Made by a program: the position numbers and the translations under genes. A stretch of 64,000 bases of DNA, taken from assembly GCA_963745075.1 (NCBI GenBank), contig CAVUWV010000018.1, positions 256,001 to 320,000 of the forward strand, read 5' to 3'. Source of the DNA: Candidatus Hydrogenedentota bacterium. Its GTDB lineage: Bacteria; Hydrogenedentota; Hydrogenedentia; Hydrogenedentales; SLHB01. This document shows positions 40,788-50,229 of the stretch, in pieces (position 1 is the stretch's first letter; each line of letters opens with the position of its first letter). The notes under the pieces were generated by a model that saw nothing but the letters and a program-made list of their open reading frames with translations, did no database searches and was not told the origin of the DNA.

Positions 40788-41465
40788 GTGAGCACGAACC
40801 GAACAAATAGAAAGACCTCCCCCCTTGTACTCAGCCTCGTCGCGGCGTACGTATTCGTCGTGCTGCTGGTGGACACACTCGCGGCGTTGGGGGTCCGCGA
40901 GCCGATTGACTGGCGAATCTTTCGCTGGCAATCGGCGAACGGGTTCGACTGGTTCAAATTCATCACCTGGTTCGTCGTGCCGTTTATCCTGAGCCTGCGC
41001 GGGATGGATTGGGGGTTCTTCGGATTCAAACGCTGGAAACGGCGGGACTGGGCGCTGTTGGCCGCGCTCGGCGTGCTGGGCTTGGTCGCCGTGCTCGCCA
41101 TCAACGTGTTCCCGAGTCTGCGCGAGTATTACCCGTCGTATCGCAACGCACCCTGGCCGCAGAAATGGGACGTGATCGCACGCGGTTTGTTGTGGACCTT
41201 CTCGTGGCTCGTGGGTTGGGAATTCCTGCACCGGTACTTTCTGCTGCGGCCCTTCGCGGCCCGGTGGCCGCGTTACGGGTGGCTGATCGTGCCGTTCTCG
41301 GAAGGGGTGTACCACTTGCAGAAAGCACCGTTGGAAATGACGGCAATGGTCGTGTTTTCCCTCGTCCTCACGTCGTGGGCCCTGCGGCGCCGGAACGCCC
41401 TGCTCCCCTTCCTGGCGCATCTGATGGTGGAGGTCGAGCTGGTGCTGTTCATGGTGCTGGCGTAG
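40788..41465 (+). CDS. CPBP/Abi (CAAX protease-like) intramembrane metalloprotease
   Basis: Multiple TM segments; WEFLHR, EGVYHL, AHLMVE motifs. Confidence 0.75.
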   Translation: MSTNRTNRKTSPLVLSLVAAYVFVVLLVDTLAALGVREPIDWRIFRWQSANGFDWFKFITWFVVPFILSLRGMDWGFFGFKRWKRRDWALLAALGVLGLVAVLAINVFPSLREYYPSYRNAPWPQKWDVIARGLLWTFSWLVGWEFLHRYFLLRPFAARWPRYGWLIVPFSEGVYHLQKAPLEMTAMVVFSLVLTSWALRRRNALLPFLAHLMVEVELVLFMVLA

Positions 41466-41479
41466 AGCGCACTCTTCCT

Positions 41480-41513
41480 TCGTAATCGTTATCGTGCTCG
41501 TAATCGTAATCGA
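41480..41513. repeat. 6-bp tandem repeat (TCGTAA-like)
   Basis: tcgtaa tcgtta tcgtgc tcgtaa tcgtaa tcga between convergent genes. Confidence 0.7.
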
Positions 41514-41554
41514 GCGGCTTTGTCGAGCGGGAGGCAGCAGAAAGTTGAGCCGCT

Positions 41555-41875
41555 CTACTCCTCGATCGGCGTCAGCGTAATAAAGATGTCCTCCCCTTCG
41601 ACTTTCAACCCGTATTTCCTCAGCCGCGTCGAGTCGTGCGTGAGGCAATCGCCGGTACGGATGTTGTACACCCACTGATGGCGGGGGCAGGTGACGATAT
41701 CTCCTTTGAAGGTGCCGGTCGTGAGGTCCCAGTTCTGGTGTTTGCAGCTAATCTCCGTGGCGAAAAAGGTGCCGTCCGGGTCTTTGAAAATAGCGACATT
41801 GCGGGCCAGCAGTTTGATCTTTTTGAAGCGTTGCTTCTCGAACTCGGACACTTTGGCGATCTTGACGTATTGCAT
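41555..41875 (-). CDS. Rieske [2Fe-2S] ferredoxin (NirD/dioxygenase ferredoxin-like)
   Basis: CKH...CPRHQWVYNIRTG ligands; 106 aa. Confidence 0.9.
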   Translation of the reverse strand: MQYVKIAKVSEFEKQRFKKIKLLARNVAIFKDPDGTFFATEISCKHQNWDLTTGTFKGDIVTCPRHQWVYNIRTGDCLTHDSTRLRKYGLKVEGEDIFITLTPIEE

Positions 41876-41996
41876 GGTGAAGACATTAGCGGGAGGGGCC
41901 GGGGTGATGCAAAACAATCCGCCCATCCAAAATCCGCAATTGCGTACCCCGCGCGTCCTTGATATCATTACACTCGAATCCGTGGACGCAAGGCAC

Positions 41997-42911
41997 ATGG
42001 CTGGCGAAAAAAAACAAGACGGCGACACGACCAAACTCATCCTCGCGGAGGAGTTGGAAGCGGTCCGTGCGATGCACGAAGGGCAGCGCGCGAGCCTCAT
42101 CGTGCTTGCGGGATGGGAAATCGGTCGGGAATTCCCCATTCAGGAAACCCAGGTGACCATTGGCCGCTCGCCGGAGGCGACGGTATCGGTCGGGCTGGCG
42201 TCCGTATCCCGGCAGCACGCGAGCATCACGTTCACGAAATGCGACGAAGGCGAATACTACGAAATCGCCGATCTCAACAGCATGAACGGCACGCGGGTCA
42301 ACAATCAGCCCGTACAGACGGTACGCCTGAACAACAACGACAAAATCCAGTTGGGCGATCTCGTGCTGAAGTTCATGGTGCAGGACAACGTGGACGCCCA
42401 GTTCCATCAGGAAGTTCATCGCCGGATTCACTACAACGACTTGACGGGGCTTCTCGCGCTGGCATCCTTCAAGCCGCACGTGCAAGACGAAATTGCAAAG
42501 AGCAAAACACCCTTCACATTGGCCATGACGGATCTGGATGGGTTGAAGAAAGTCAACGACACGTTCGGGCACCTGCAAGGAAGCCGGGTGATCCAGGAGA
42601 TGGGCGGCGCCATCCGATCGATTCTCCGCCCCCGGGATCGGGCAGGTCTTTATGGCGGCGACGAAGCGATCATTCTATATCCAAACTCGCCGATCGACGA
42701 GGCGTCGGAACGGGCGGAACTGCTGCGCCAACAGATTGCCGGGCTGCAGTTCGAGCAGAACGGGGTGCCGTTCAGCGTCACGATCAGCCAGGGGCTCGCC
42801 GAGTGGCCGACCCATGGGCGCACCATTGAACAGATCATCGCGGCCGCCGATGGCGCCTTGTACGCGGCCAAGGGCGCGGGCAGAAACTGTACCCGCTGCG
42901 CCGGGAACTAG
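41997..42911 (+). CDS. FHA-GGDEF diguanylate cyclase-like protein
   Basis: FHA IGRS...VSRQHA...DLNSMNGTRVN; DLTGL, DLDGLKKVNDTFGH, YGGDEA, ADGALYAAKGAGRN. Confidence 0.92.
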   Translation: MAGEKKQDGDTTKLILAEELEAVRAMHEGQRASLIVLAGWEIGREFPIQETQVTIGRSPEATVSVGLASVSRQHASITFTKCDEGEYYEIADLNSMNGTRVNNQPVQTVRLNNNDKIQLGDLVLKFMVQDNVDAQFHQEVHRRIHYNDLTGLLALASFKPHVQDEIAKSKTPFTLAMTDLDGLKKVNDTFGHLQGSRVIQEMGGAIRSILRPRDRAGLYGGDEAIILYPNSPIDEASERAELLRQQIAGLQFEQNGVPFSVTISQGLAEWPTHGRTIEQIIAAADGALYAAKGAGRNCTRCAGN

Positions 42912-43049
42912 ACGTCAACCGGCCAGACGTATCCATCCTCATGCGTCACCATCTCTATGACTGCCTGCATGTGCGGGGAGAATTGTTACCGAGTGTGCAT
43001 GACAGCTATGATTACAATATAAGCACGGGGGCGCTGGGAAGGTACCACC

Positions 43050-43829
43050 ATGCCAAACCTGATAACACTTACGACGGATTTCGGCACGCGCGACGCTTAC
43101 GTTTCCGCGATGAAAGGCGTTATCCTGAGCCGCTGCCCGGATGCCTGCGTGGTCGACCTGACCCACGACATTCCGCCGCAGGACGTATTCGAGGGCGCGC
43201 TGTTTTTGGCAGATGCGGCGCCGCTCTTTCCAGAGGGCACCATCCACTGCGTTGTGGTGGACCCGGGCGTGGGTACGTCGCGATTGCCCATCGTCGCATC
43301 GGCGGGGAAACAACGGTTCGTGCTCCCTGACAACGGACTCTTGACTCTATTCTCGCGGCAACACGCCATCGAGGAGGCGCGGATTATTACGAATCCGGAG
43401 TTCATGCGCGAAACCATTAGCGCGACATTTCACGGTCGCGATATGTTTGCGCCGGCCGCGGCGTGTCTGGCAAAGGGCATGGCCATGGAATCCGCGGGCG
43501 AGAAACTAACGACGTTGACCATGCTCGACATTCCTCACGTCAAGACGGAAGCCGAAGAGACACTCGCGGGCGTGGTCATGCACGTCGACCGGTTCGGAAA
43601 CGCGATTACCAACATTCACCGGTCCGATTTACAGGATCGAACGATCGCTGAACTGCGGGCCGGGCAACAGCGGTTTACGGAATTGCAGGAAACTTACGGC
43701 GACGTGCCGCCCGGAAGAGCATTGGTTTTGTTTGGGAGCAACGACTACCTGGAGATCGCGGTCCATCGTGGTAACGCACGCGAGCAACTGGACCTACCGC
43801 GAGGTACCCGGGTTGAGGTTCGATTTTAG
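43050..43829 (+). CDS. SAM hydroxide adenosyltransferase (DUF62, halogenase superfamily)
   Basis: ITLTTDFG, VVDPGVGTSR, PDNGLL, TFHGRD, VDRFGNAITN. Confidence 0.93.
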   Translation: MPNLITLTTDFGTRDAYVSAMKGVILSRCPDACVVDLTHDIPPQDVFEGALFLADAAPLFPEGTIHCVVVDPGVGTSRLPIVASAGKQRFVLPDNGLLTLFSRQHAIEEARIITNPEFMRETISATFHGRDMFAPAAACLAKGMAMESAGEKLTTLTMLDIPHVKTEAEETLAGVVMHVDRFGNAITNIHRSDLQDRTIAELRAGQQRFTELQETYGDVPPGRALVLFGSNDYLEIAVHRGNAREQLDLPRGTRVEVRF

Positions 43830-43833
43830 CATT

Positions 43834-45084
43834 ATGAAAGAGATTTCCATCACGCCCCGGTCCAACCTCGATGCGACCGTTACCATTCCCGGTTCGAAGA
43901 GCTGCACGGCCCGCGCCTTGGTCATGGCGGGTCTGACGCACGGCACGACCGTTCTGAACGATCCCGCCGACTGCGACGATTCCAACTACATGATGAACGG
44001 TCTCCGCGCCCTCGGCGTGGACGTCGCGTGTGACGGCGCCACAGCTAAAGTGAACAGCACGGGACTCCAGCCGCCCCATGAACCATTGTTCCTGGGGAAT
44101 TCCGGAACGGCGGTGCGATTCCTGGCCGCCGCCTGCGCCACGGTGGAGGGGGACGTCGTCATCGACGGCACCACCCGAATGCGGGAACGTCCCATCGTGG
44201 ACCTCATCGAAGCCCTCGGCGCCTGGGGCGTTCATGCCGTGACAGAAACGGGGTGCCCCCCCATTCGCGTCGTGGGACGCGGCAGTTTCGGCGGGTACTC
44301 GACCGTGAAGGGAACGGCAAGCAGCCAGTACTTGTCGGGACTGTTGATGGTAGCGCCGTATGCAACGGAGAACGCACGGATCGGAATCGAGGGCGACCTC
44401 GTATCTAAGCCTTACATCGACCTGACCCTCGCCATGATGGCGGAGCGCGGCGTCACAGCGTCGAACGACGCCTACCGCGAATTCACTTGCACGGCGGGAC
44501 AACGTTACCGGCCCGGCACCTACGCCATCGAGGCGGACGCGTCGGGGGCGTCGTACTTTCTCGCCGCAGCAGCGATTGCGGGCGGTCGGGTCCGCGTGCG
44601 CAACCTCACCAGTCAATCCCACCAGGGCGACGCGAAGTTCGCCTACGTGCTGGAACAGATGGGCTGCTCAGTACAGGAAGGGCCGGACTGGATCGAGGTC
44701 ACGTCCGGCGCACCGTTGCAGGGCATCGACATCAACTTGAACGCCATGCCAGACATGGCCCAGACCCTGGCGGTCACGGCGCTGTTTGCCGAAGGGGAAA
44801 CGCGTATCCGAGACGTGGCGAACCTGCGCATCAAGGAAACGGACCGCATCGCCGCGACGGTCGCCGAACTACGCAAGCTCGGCGCCGAGGCGGAAGAGTT
44901 CGACGACGGGTTCTCGATCCGGCCCGGCGCGCTGCACGGCGCGGCCATCGACACCTACGACGATCATCGTATGGCCATGAGCTTCGCCATGGCGGGATTG
45001 AAGATTACCGGCGTCGTCATCAAAGACCCGGGCTGCGTGTCGAAAACCTTCCCGGATTTCTTCGAGCGATTCAGCAAGCTGTAG
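43834..45084 (+). CDS. aroA: 3-phosphoshikimate 1-carboxyvinyltransferase
   Basis: PGSKS, LGNSGTAVR, SSQYLS, RIKETDRI, DDHRMAM, VSKTFPDF. Confidence 0.97.
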   Translation: MKEISITPRSNLDATVTIPGSKSCTARALVMAGLTHGTTVLNDPADCDDSNYMMNGLRALGVDVACDGATAKVNSTGLQPPHEPLFLGNSGTAVRFLAAACATVEGDVVIDGTTRMRERPIVDLIEALGAWGVHAVTETGCPPIRVVGRGSFGGYSTVKGTASSQYLSGLLMVAPYATENARIGIEGDLVSKPYIDLTLAMMAERGVTASNDAYREFTCTAGQRYRPGTYAIEADASGASYFLAAAAIAGGRVRVRNLTSQSHQGDAKFAYVLEQMGCSVQEGPDWIEVTSGAPLQGIDINLNAMPDMAQTLAVTALFAEGETRIRDVANLRIKETDRIAATVAELRKLGAEAEEFDDGFSIRPGALHGAAIDTYDDHRMAMSFAMAGLKITGVVIKDPGCVSKTFPDFFERFSKL

Positions 45085-46313
45085 GCCCGTGGCTTGGGCA
45101 CGGATGTCCAAGCCACGAGATGCGCTGCACGGTATTTTGCCTCCATCGCCCGATGCGCATACTCGATGAGGCCCTCGGGCCAGTAACCGGGTTCTGGACG
45201 GAATATACTGTGCGTCGCGCCGTCGACGATGACGATTTCGGCGTCGCTTCCCAGGATATCCAGGTCCGTTTTCAGCAACTCGACCGCCTCGTTCAAACGG
45301 AAATTGTCGAGGGTCCCCACATAGATGTGCAGTTTTCCCGCTAATTTTGGCCCCAGCTCATCCCAATTCGATCGGAGAACGATCGAGATATCGTACTTCT
45401 TCCACGCCTCGGCGACGTCCCGGTTGATCGCTCCCGTTTCCCAATTGAAGAGCCGCACGGGCAACCCATCCGGGCCACGCGGACTGAAGACATCGTCGAA
45501 ACTGGCGAACTGCCCGGCGAAGGGGCCTTTCTCAGCCTCGGACTGGGTGATCTCGCGGAAAGACTCCAACCATCCCTTGCGGCTGCGCACGAGCATACGC
45601 TCCTTGCCGTCATCGTCGACAAAGGCGTTCGCATCGGTGTAGATGTCTACGCCCGTGAAGGACCGGAAGTCGACGGGGTCCGGGGCCATGGCCCACGCGC
45701 CGCCGAAGAATTCGGGGTACGTGATCTGCAACCACAAGGCGCTCCATGCGCCGGACGAATGCCCCGCGAGAAACCGGCCCGACGCCTCCCCCACGCCGCC
45801 GTATTCGGCCTCGATGGCCGGAATGAACTCCTTGATGAAGGCCTCGCCCCAGGGACCGTTATTCACCGAATCGGCGAACTCGTGATGTCCGAGACCGAAC
45901 TGGGCGTTGGGAAAAACGTAGATCATGCGCGGGTAATCGCGGTCCGGAGCAGTAAGGTCGGCGATCAGCCCGTCGCTGAAATGAAAGGCCCACAGTTCCC
46001 AATTGGTGAATCCATGAATGAAATAACAAACTGGTAAGCGCTCCCCGGGCTTGCGGTCCGGCGGCAGGATGACCTCCGCTTCAAGAAACATGTCAATGCC
46101 CCAGAATTCACTGAGTAGTTCCGAGCGCATCTGGAAATGGCGGCGATACTCCGTGTCAGGCGGAATCAGCGCCCGGTGCAATTCCCAGGTAGCGATGGCG
46201 TCGACCATGACCTTGGGAGGCGGTTCTGCATGGATAGCCACCGCGATAAGACAAAAACCGAACGCGAGCAACCGCCCGGCGACCCGTCGAGGTCGTGAAG
46301 TGCAATCTACCAT
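44964..46313 (-). CDS. Secreted esterase / alpha-beta hydrolase (Fes-like)
   Basis: Signal-like N-terminus, ADSVNNGPWG, GHSSG nucleophile, APDPVDF; true 3' end uncertain because of overlap with aroA. Confidence 0.82.
   Translation of the reverse strand: MVDCTSRPRRVAGRLLAFGFCLIAVAIHAEPPPKVMVDAIATWELHRALIPPDTEYRRHFQMRSELLSEFWGIDMFLEAEVILPPDRKPGERLPVCYFIHGFTNWELWAFHFSDGLIADLTAPDRDYPRMIYVFPNAQFGLGHHEFADSVNNGPWGEAFIKEFIPAIEAEYGGVGEASGRFLAGHSSGAWSALWLQITYPEFFGGAWAMAPDPVDFRSFTGVDIYTDANAFVDDDGKERMLVRSRKGWLESFREITQSEAEKGPFAGQFASFDDVFSPRGPDGLPVRLFNWETGAINRDVAEAWKKYDISIVLRSNWDELGPKLAGKLHIYVGTLDNFRLNEAVELLKTDLDILGSDAEIVIVDGATHSIFRPEPGYWPEGLIEYAHRAMEAKYRAAHLVAWTSVPKPRAYSLLNRSKKSGKVFDTQPGSLMTTPVIFNPAMAKLMAIR
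45088..45117. repeat. Hairpin/REP-like element just after the aroA stop
   Basis: cgtggcttgggca-cgga-tgtccaagccacg 13-bp stem with one G-U pair. Confidence 0.65.
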
Positions 46314-46553
46314 CGGCAAGCAGAATAGCACATCACCTCCCCGTGAACCGTTGGAACCAATCCGTCCGATTCCCAATTCGCTATGCGGACCTTCCTGGCA
46401 AACTTGGAATTTGTTAGCCCCGTGTTATAATGCCGGTGCCTTGCCAGCCGTATCGCCTGCCTTGCCGGGCTGGGTCGAAGGTGCATCGGCGGCAACGCTT
46501 GCGGGAATTGTCCCGGCAGAATCGCGATTGTTGTACCACTTGGGAGGTCGCGA

Positions 46554-46823
46554 ATGTTCGAACAACGTCCAATCCGTTCGGAGCCGTGGCAGTACACCCT
46601 GTCCCCGAAAGAGAGCCGGTCGTGGAACACGGCGGACCAGGATCAGCGGCGTGAGTTGCTGGAAGACCTGGCGGGCCGGGTGATGTGTGACGCAGTCGAA
46701 AACGGCTGCAATCGCTTCATCATCTACGACACCGATGGGGGCCTGGTGGCCAAAGGAAAACTCCGCCCCGGAGACATTGAACAGGCTATCGAATCGTACC
46801 GCGCTCAGAATCGCTTGAACTGA
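46554..46823 (+). CDS. Small hypothetical protein
   Basis: 89 aa, GGAGG SD, protein-like composition. Confidence 0.65.
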   Translation: MFEQRPIRSEPWQYTLSPKESRSWNTADQDQRRELLEDLAGRVMCDAVENGCNRFIIYDTDGGLVAKGKLRPGDIEQAIESYRAQNRLN

Positions 46824-46911
46824 GCCCGGAACGCAGCCGGTTCGATAGCGGGGGCGACTGAACTGCCGAATCAAATGGGGGGATCCGGCAGACAGGTGAG
46901 TACTGCGCCGT

Positions 46912-47850
46912 TCACTCCGAGAACTCGGTCCCCTTCCAATCCGGACGAATCGTCATCACGGGACACCGTGCCAGCCGAACCACCTTCTCCGCAACGCTTC
47001 CGAAAAGAATGTGCCCGAGGCCCGACCGGCCGTGGGTCGGCATGACGACCATGTCGACAGCCTGTTCCTCGACGAATTTGCAGATTTCCGTGTGCGGCAC
47101 GCCGGTGACCGACACGCCCTCCACGTCGATGCCCTGAATCTCTGCCTTCTTCTGGGCCAAAGTTTCGCGGGCGGCGAGTTCCATCTCGGGACCCACCGAA
47201 ACCACGGAATCGGGCATAAACTCTGGTAGCACGATGGGAATCTCCGTGGCATGGAGCAGCGAAAGCTTCGCGGAAAACTCCCGGCACAGCGACACGGCGA
47301 AAGGCAGCGCCTTATCCGAAAAGTCCGAGAAGTCCGTCGGAAACAGTACGTGTTTGACCTCGATAGAGAGATCGTCGTCCTTCACGAACTCATGCTCCGG
47401 GTGCTTGATGGCTAGTACGGGCACCGGCGACTGACGGACGACCTTCTCGGCCACGCTTCCGAAAACGATGTGGTCAAACCCGGAGCGGCCGTGGGTGGCC
47501 ACAACGATCAACGTACACTGGGTTTCGAGCGTCAACCGCAGGATTTCGTGAGGCGCGCTGCCCGTGACGATATGCTGTTCACAGTTCACACCCATTTCGG
47601 AAGCTTGCTCCACGAGGGTGGTCAGACGGCTCGACGCGTGCTCCCGCATGGAATCGAGCAAGGTAGAGGCGTCCGCCTGGTCCAGCCACATGCCATGGCC
47701 CCGGACGCCGGAGATGGGGCCGGCATCGAGAACATGGAGAAAATGCACCGTACCGCCGTACTTCTTGGCGATGGACACCCCATACTTCGTCGCGAAATTG
47801 GCATAATGGGAGAAGTCCGTTGGCACCAGGATGTTGCTATTGCTGAACAT
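46912..47850 (-). CDS. Universal stress protein, tandem Usp domains
   Basis: ILVPTDFS / VLFPTDFS and THGRSG...FGSVAEKVVR, each twice; GAGGAGG SD. Confidence 0.95.
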   Translation of the reverse strand: MFSNSNILVPTDFSHYANFATKYGVSIAKKYGGTVHFLHVLDAGPISGVRGHGMWLDQADASTLLDSMREHASSRLTTLVEQASEMGVNCEQHIVTGSAPHEILRLTLETQCTLIVVATHGRSGFDHIVFGSVAEKVVRQSPVPVLAIKHPEHEFVKDDDLSIEVKHVLFPTDFSDFSDKALPFAVSLCREFSAKLSLLHATEIPIVLPEFMPDSVVSVGPEMELAARETLAQKKAEIQGIDVEGVSVTGVPHTEICKFVEEQAVDMVVMPTHGRSGLGHILFGSVAEKVVRLARCPVMTIRPDWKGTEFSE

Positions 47851-48042
47851 AGGGTCCTCCTCCTCTGTGGGTTTGGCAGTTCCATCATACGCAGAGGACA
47901 CGGGAATGCGCAAGAGTTTGCCGCTGTTGACTCTAGGTTGGATCCCACAGGGTCTCAGCCGATTTGAACTGGGTCCCAGGGTTCTGGTAAAGTTCGGCGC
48001 TGCTTAAGTGCTGTTTGTACCATTAATTGGAGATTTGTTGAC

Positions 48043-48309
48043 ATGCCAAATACGAAGACGGCGAAAGCCCGTGACCTGACGAACGAACGGGATCGCCACC
48101 GAAACATGGCGGTCAAGTCGAAAATGAAGACCTGCATCAAGGCCGCAGCCGCGGCGATAGACGCTAAGAACGCTGACGAGATTAAGAAAACCCTTCCCGT
48201 AGCCTTGGCCGAAATCGACATGGCCGCAACCAAGGGCGTGATCCACGCCAACGCCGCCGCACGCAAGAAGTCGACCCTTCAGCGCCGGGCGGCCCAGATC
48301 TCAGCGTAA
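48043..48309 (+). CDS. rpsT: 30S ribosomal protein S20
   Basis: MPNTKTAK...RNMAVKSKMKT...KGVIHANAAARKKS. Confidence 0.96.
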   Translation: MPNTKTAKARDLTNERDRHRNMAVKSKMKTCIKAAAAAIDAKNADEIKKTLPVALAEIDMAATKGVIHANAAARKKSTLQRRAAQISA

Positions 48310-48317
48310 GCAAGCGC

Positions 48318-50225
48318 TCACGGCGCTTCGCGACGCAGACTCTTGACCAGCTCTAAAAGGCGTCCTTCGACATCATAGAATCGGAGGACGCCTTTCTTAT
48401 CGATCAGCACAACTTGCGGGACCGCCGCGATGTCGTAAGCATCGAAGGTTTCCGCGTCCTTGTCACGTCCAACGGGATAGCGAACATCCAGATCCTGGAT
48501 GTACTCCTGCATTTCATATTCTTCGGTCCCCGCATCGTGAACGCTCACCAGGTCTACGTCGTCCATCGACTGGAAGATCGGATAAAGGGCGTTTAGCGCG
48601 CGAATGTGAGCCATGCCTCTTTCACTCCGGTCGAAACCTCCCCAGAAACTCAGCACGATGACGTGCCCGCGGAGTTCTTCCGGCGTGGGCGCGATGGGAT
48701 GACCTTCCGTGTCCGACGGCACGTTGACCCAAATATCGCACTCGACCGGCGGCGCTTCCTTTCCCCGCAGGCCCTCCAACTCGTTGTTGCGAACGTTCTC
48801 CACCTTGCCCGGCGAAAGGTCTGGGTCAAACGGCTTCAGTGAGACCTCGATCGGTTTCAGGTCCGTGAGCGGAATGACCACGTCGGTTCGCAAGTATCGT
48901 CGTGGATGCTCGAATTGAAGGATCGCCGCCGCGTTCTCCGGGACCTTGGGAAGCTGTATTGCGAATCGCCCGTTCGCGTCGCTCAGAGTGAATTGCGCGG
49001 GTTCAAATCCGACCGTGGAAATGAACGTCTGCGGAACCGGTGCTCCGGCCTCATCGAGGACGGTGCCCACGATCTCGGGCAAAACCTGCAACCGGATCGG
49101 TTCGTCCAGGGTTACGTCCGACTTGCCCATGGTCACGTCAATATCCGTCCCCCGGCCGGTCATGTACCCATCGGGCGCTTCGACGTGGAGATGCCCTTCG
49201 CTGGGTGCGACCTTGAGGGTAAACCGGCCCGCATTGTCTGTCAGCGTCTGTTCGTAGACGACATTGTCGACGCGATACTGGATCTGAACGCCGCCGACCG
49301 GCTTGTCGTCCGTGCCGACTACCCGTCCCGCGAGAGCAAAAGCCGTCGGCAACACCAAATCGCAGGTGGCATCGGTATCCCGGGGTTGTAAGGTGCCGGA
49401 CACCGGCGCCGCGGTCGCGTACTCCGGATGTTTGGCGGTTACGTTGTATTGCCCGGGCGGCAGCATGGCACTGTAGAACCCGTCCGGGCCGGTTACGGCT
49501 TCCTCGAACTCGCGCAACGTGGCGTCGTTCTCGCTGGATCGGAAGATGGAAACGCGGGCATGTTCGATCCCTTCGCCGGCCTCGTTCGTGACACGCCCCC
49601 GCAACGTCACGCCGGGACGCATCTGGACCGTGATTTCCCGTTGCCCCACGGGATAGTGAATGTAGGCATCGCAGAAATCTCGATGGCTTACGCGAAATGC
49701 GACATGGCCCCCCTTGGGCACGTAGTCCAACGTAAGTCTTCCGTCCGCGTCGCTGCGCTCGGACGGAAATCCGAGGTCCACCAAATCATCCACGGCCACG
49801 GTGAACGCATCGTTGACCAGCATCGCTTCGACGCGGGCGCCCTCGACCGGTTGAGGCTGCATCTCCTCGCCTGTTTCCGGGTTGCGGTCGTGGCTGATCA
49901 GCACGGCGCTGAGCGTTCCCGCTTCGCTCAAGGCCACCGCGACTTCGGCCGAGCCGACGACACTCGCGTCGCGGCCGCCAATTGCAAAACCGTTCTTCCA
50001 CGCAACGATCTCGACCGGCCCGACGTTAACCTCCTGAAACCGGCATTTGCCCTCATTGTCGGTGGTCTGAAGCTTGGGGATACGATCTTGGGTGAGCCAT
50101 ACAGACGCATCGGGGACTGGTTGTCCCTGCGGACCGAAGACGAGCACGGAGATCTCGTACGCAGACGCGGCTTGGGCGAGAATGTATACCAGCAGGACGA
50201 CGGACACGGTTCGTACTACGCCCAT
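48318..50225 (-). CDS. Secreted carboxypeptidase-regulatory-like repeat protein with C-terminal thioredoxin-like domain
   Basis: Signal peptide; repeated GRVTNEAGEGIEHARV / TDNAGRF units; C-terminal LRGHVIVLSFW...VPQVVLIDKKG. Confidence 0.8.
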   Translation of the reverse strand: MGVVRTVSVVLLVYILAQAASAYEISVLVFGPQGQPVPDASVWLTQDRIPKLQTTDNEGKCRFQEVNVGPVEIVAWKNGFAIGGRDASVVGSAEVAVALSEAGTLSAVLISHDRNPETGEEMQPQPVEGARVEAMLVNDAFTVAVDDLVDLGFPSERSDADGRLTLDYVPKGGHVAFRVSHRDFCDAYIHYPVGQREITVQMRPGVTLRGRVTNEAGEGIEHARVSIFRSSENDATLREFEEAVTGPDGFYSAMLPPGQYNVTAKHPEYATAAPVSGTLQPRDTDATCDLVLPTAFALAGRVVGTDDKPVGGVQIQYRVDNVVYEQTLTDNAGRFTLKVAPSEGHLHVEAPDGYMTGRGTDIDVTMGKSDVTLDEPIRLQVLPEIVGTVLDEAGAPVPQTFISTVGFEPAQFTLSDANGRFAIQLPKVPENAAAILQFEHPRRYLRTDVVIPLTDLKPIEVSLKPFDPDLSPGKVENVRNNELEGLRGKEAPPVECDIWVNVPSDTEGHPIAPTPEELRGHVIVLSFWGGFDRSERGMAHIRALNALYPIFQSMDDVDLVSVHDAGTEEYEMQEYIQDLDVRYPVGRDKDAETFDAYDIAAVPQVVLIDKKGVLRFYDVEGRLLELVKSLRREAP

Positions 50226-50229
50226 CCGC

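Noticed and set aside
37531..41513. CRISPR array
   Set aside because: Repeats are inverted pairs or short tandem units without regular unique spacers; no cas genes seen
20107..43829. Halogen-metabolism system linking the dehalogenase with the SAM-dependent halogenase-family gene
   Set aside because: About 22 kb apart; the DUF62 protein has the DPG/R/FHGRD residues of SAM hydrolases and sits directly before aroA
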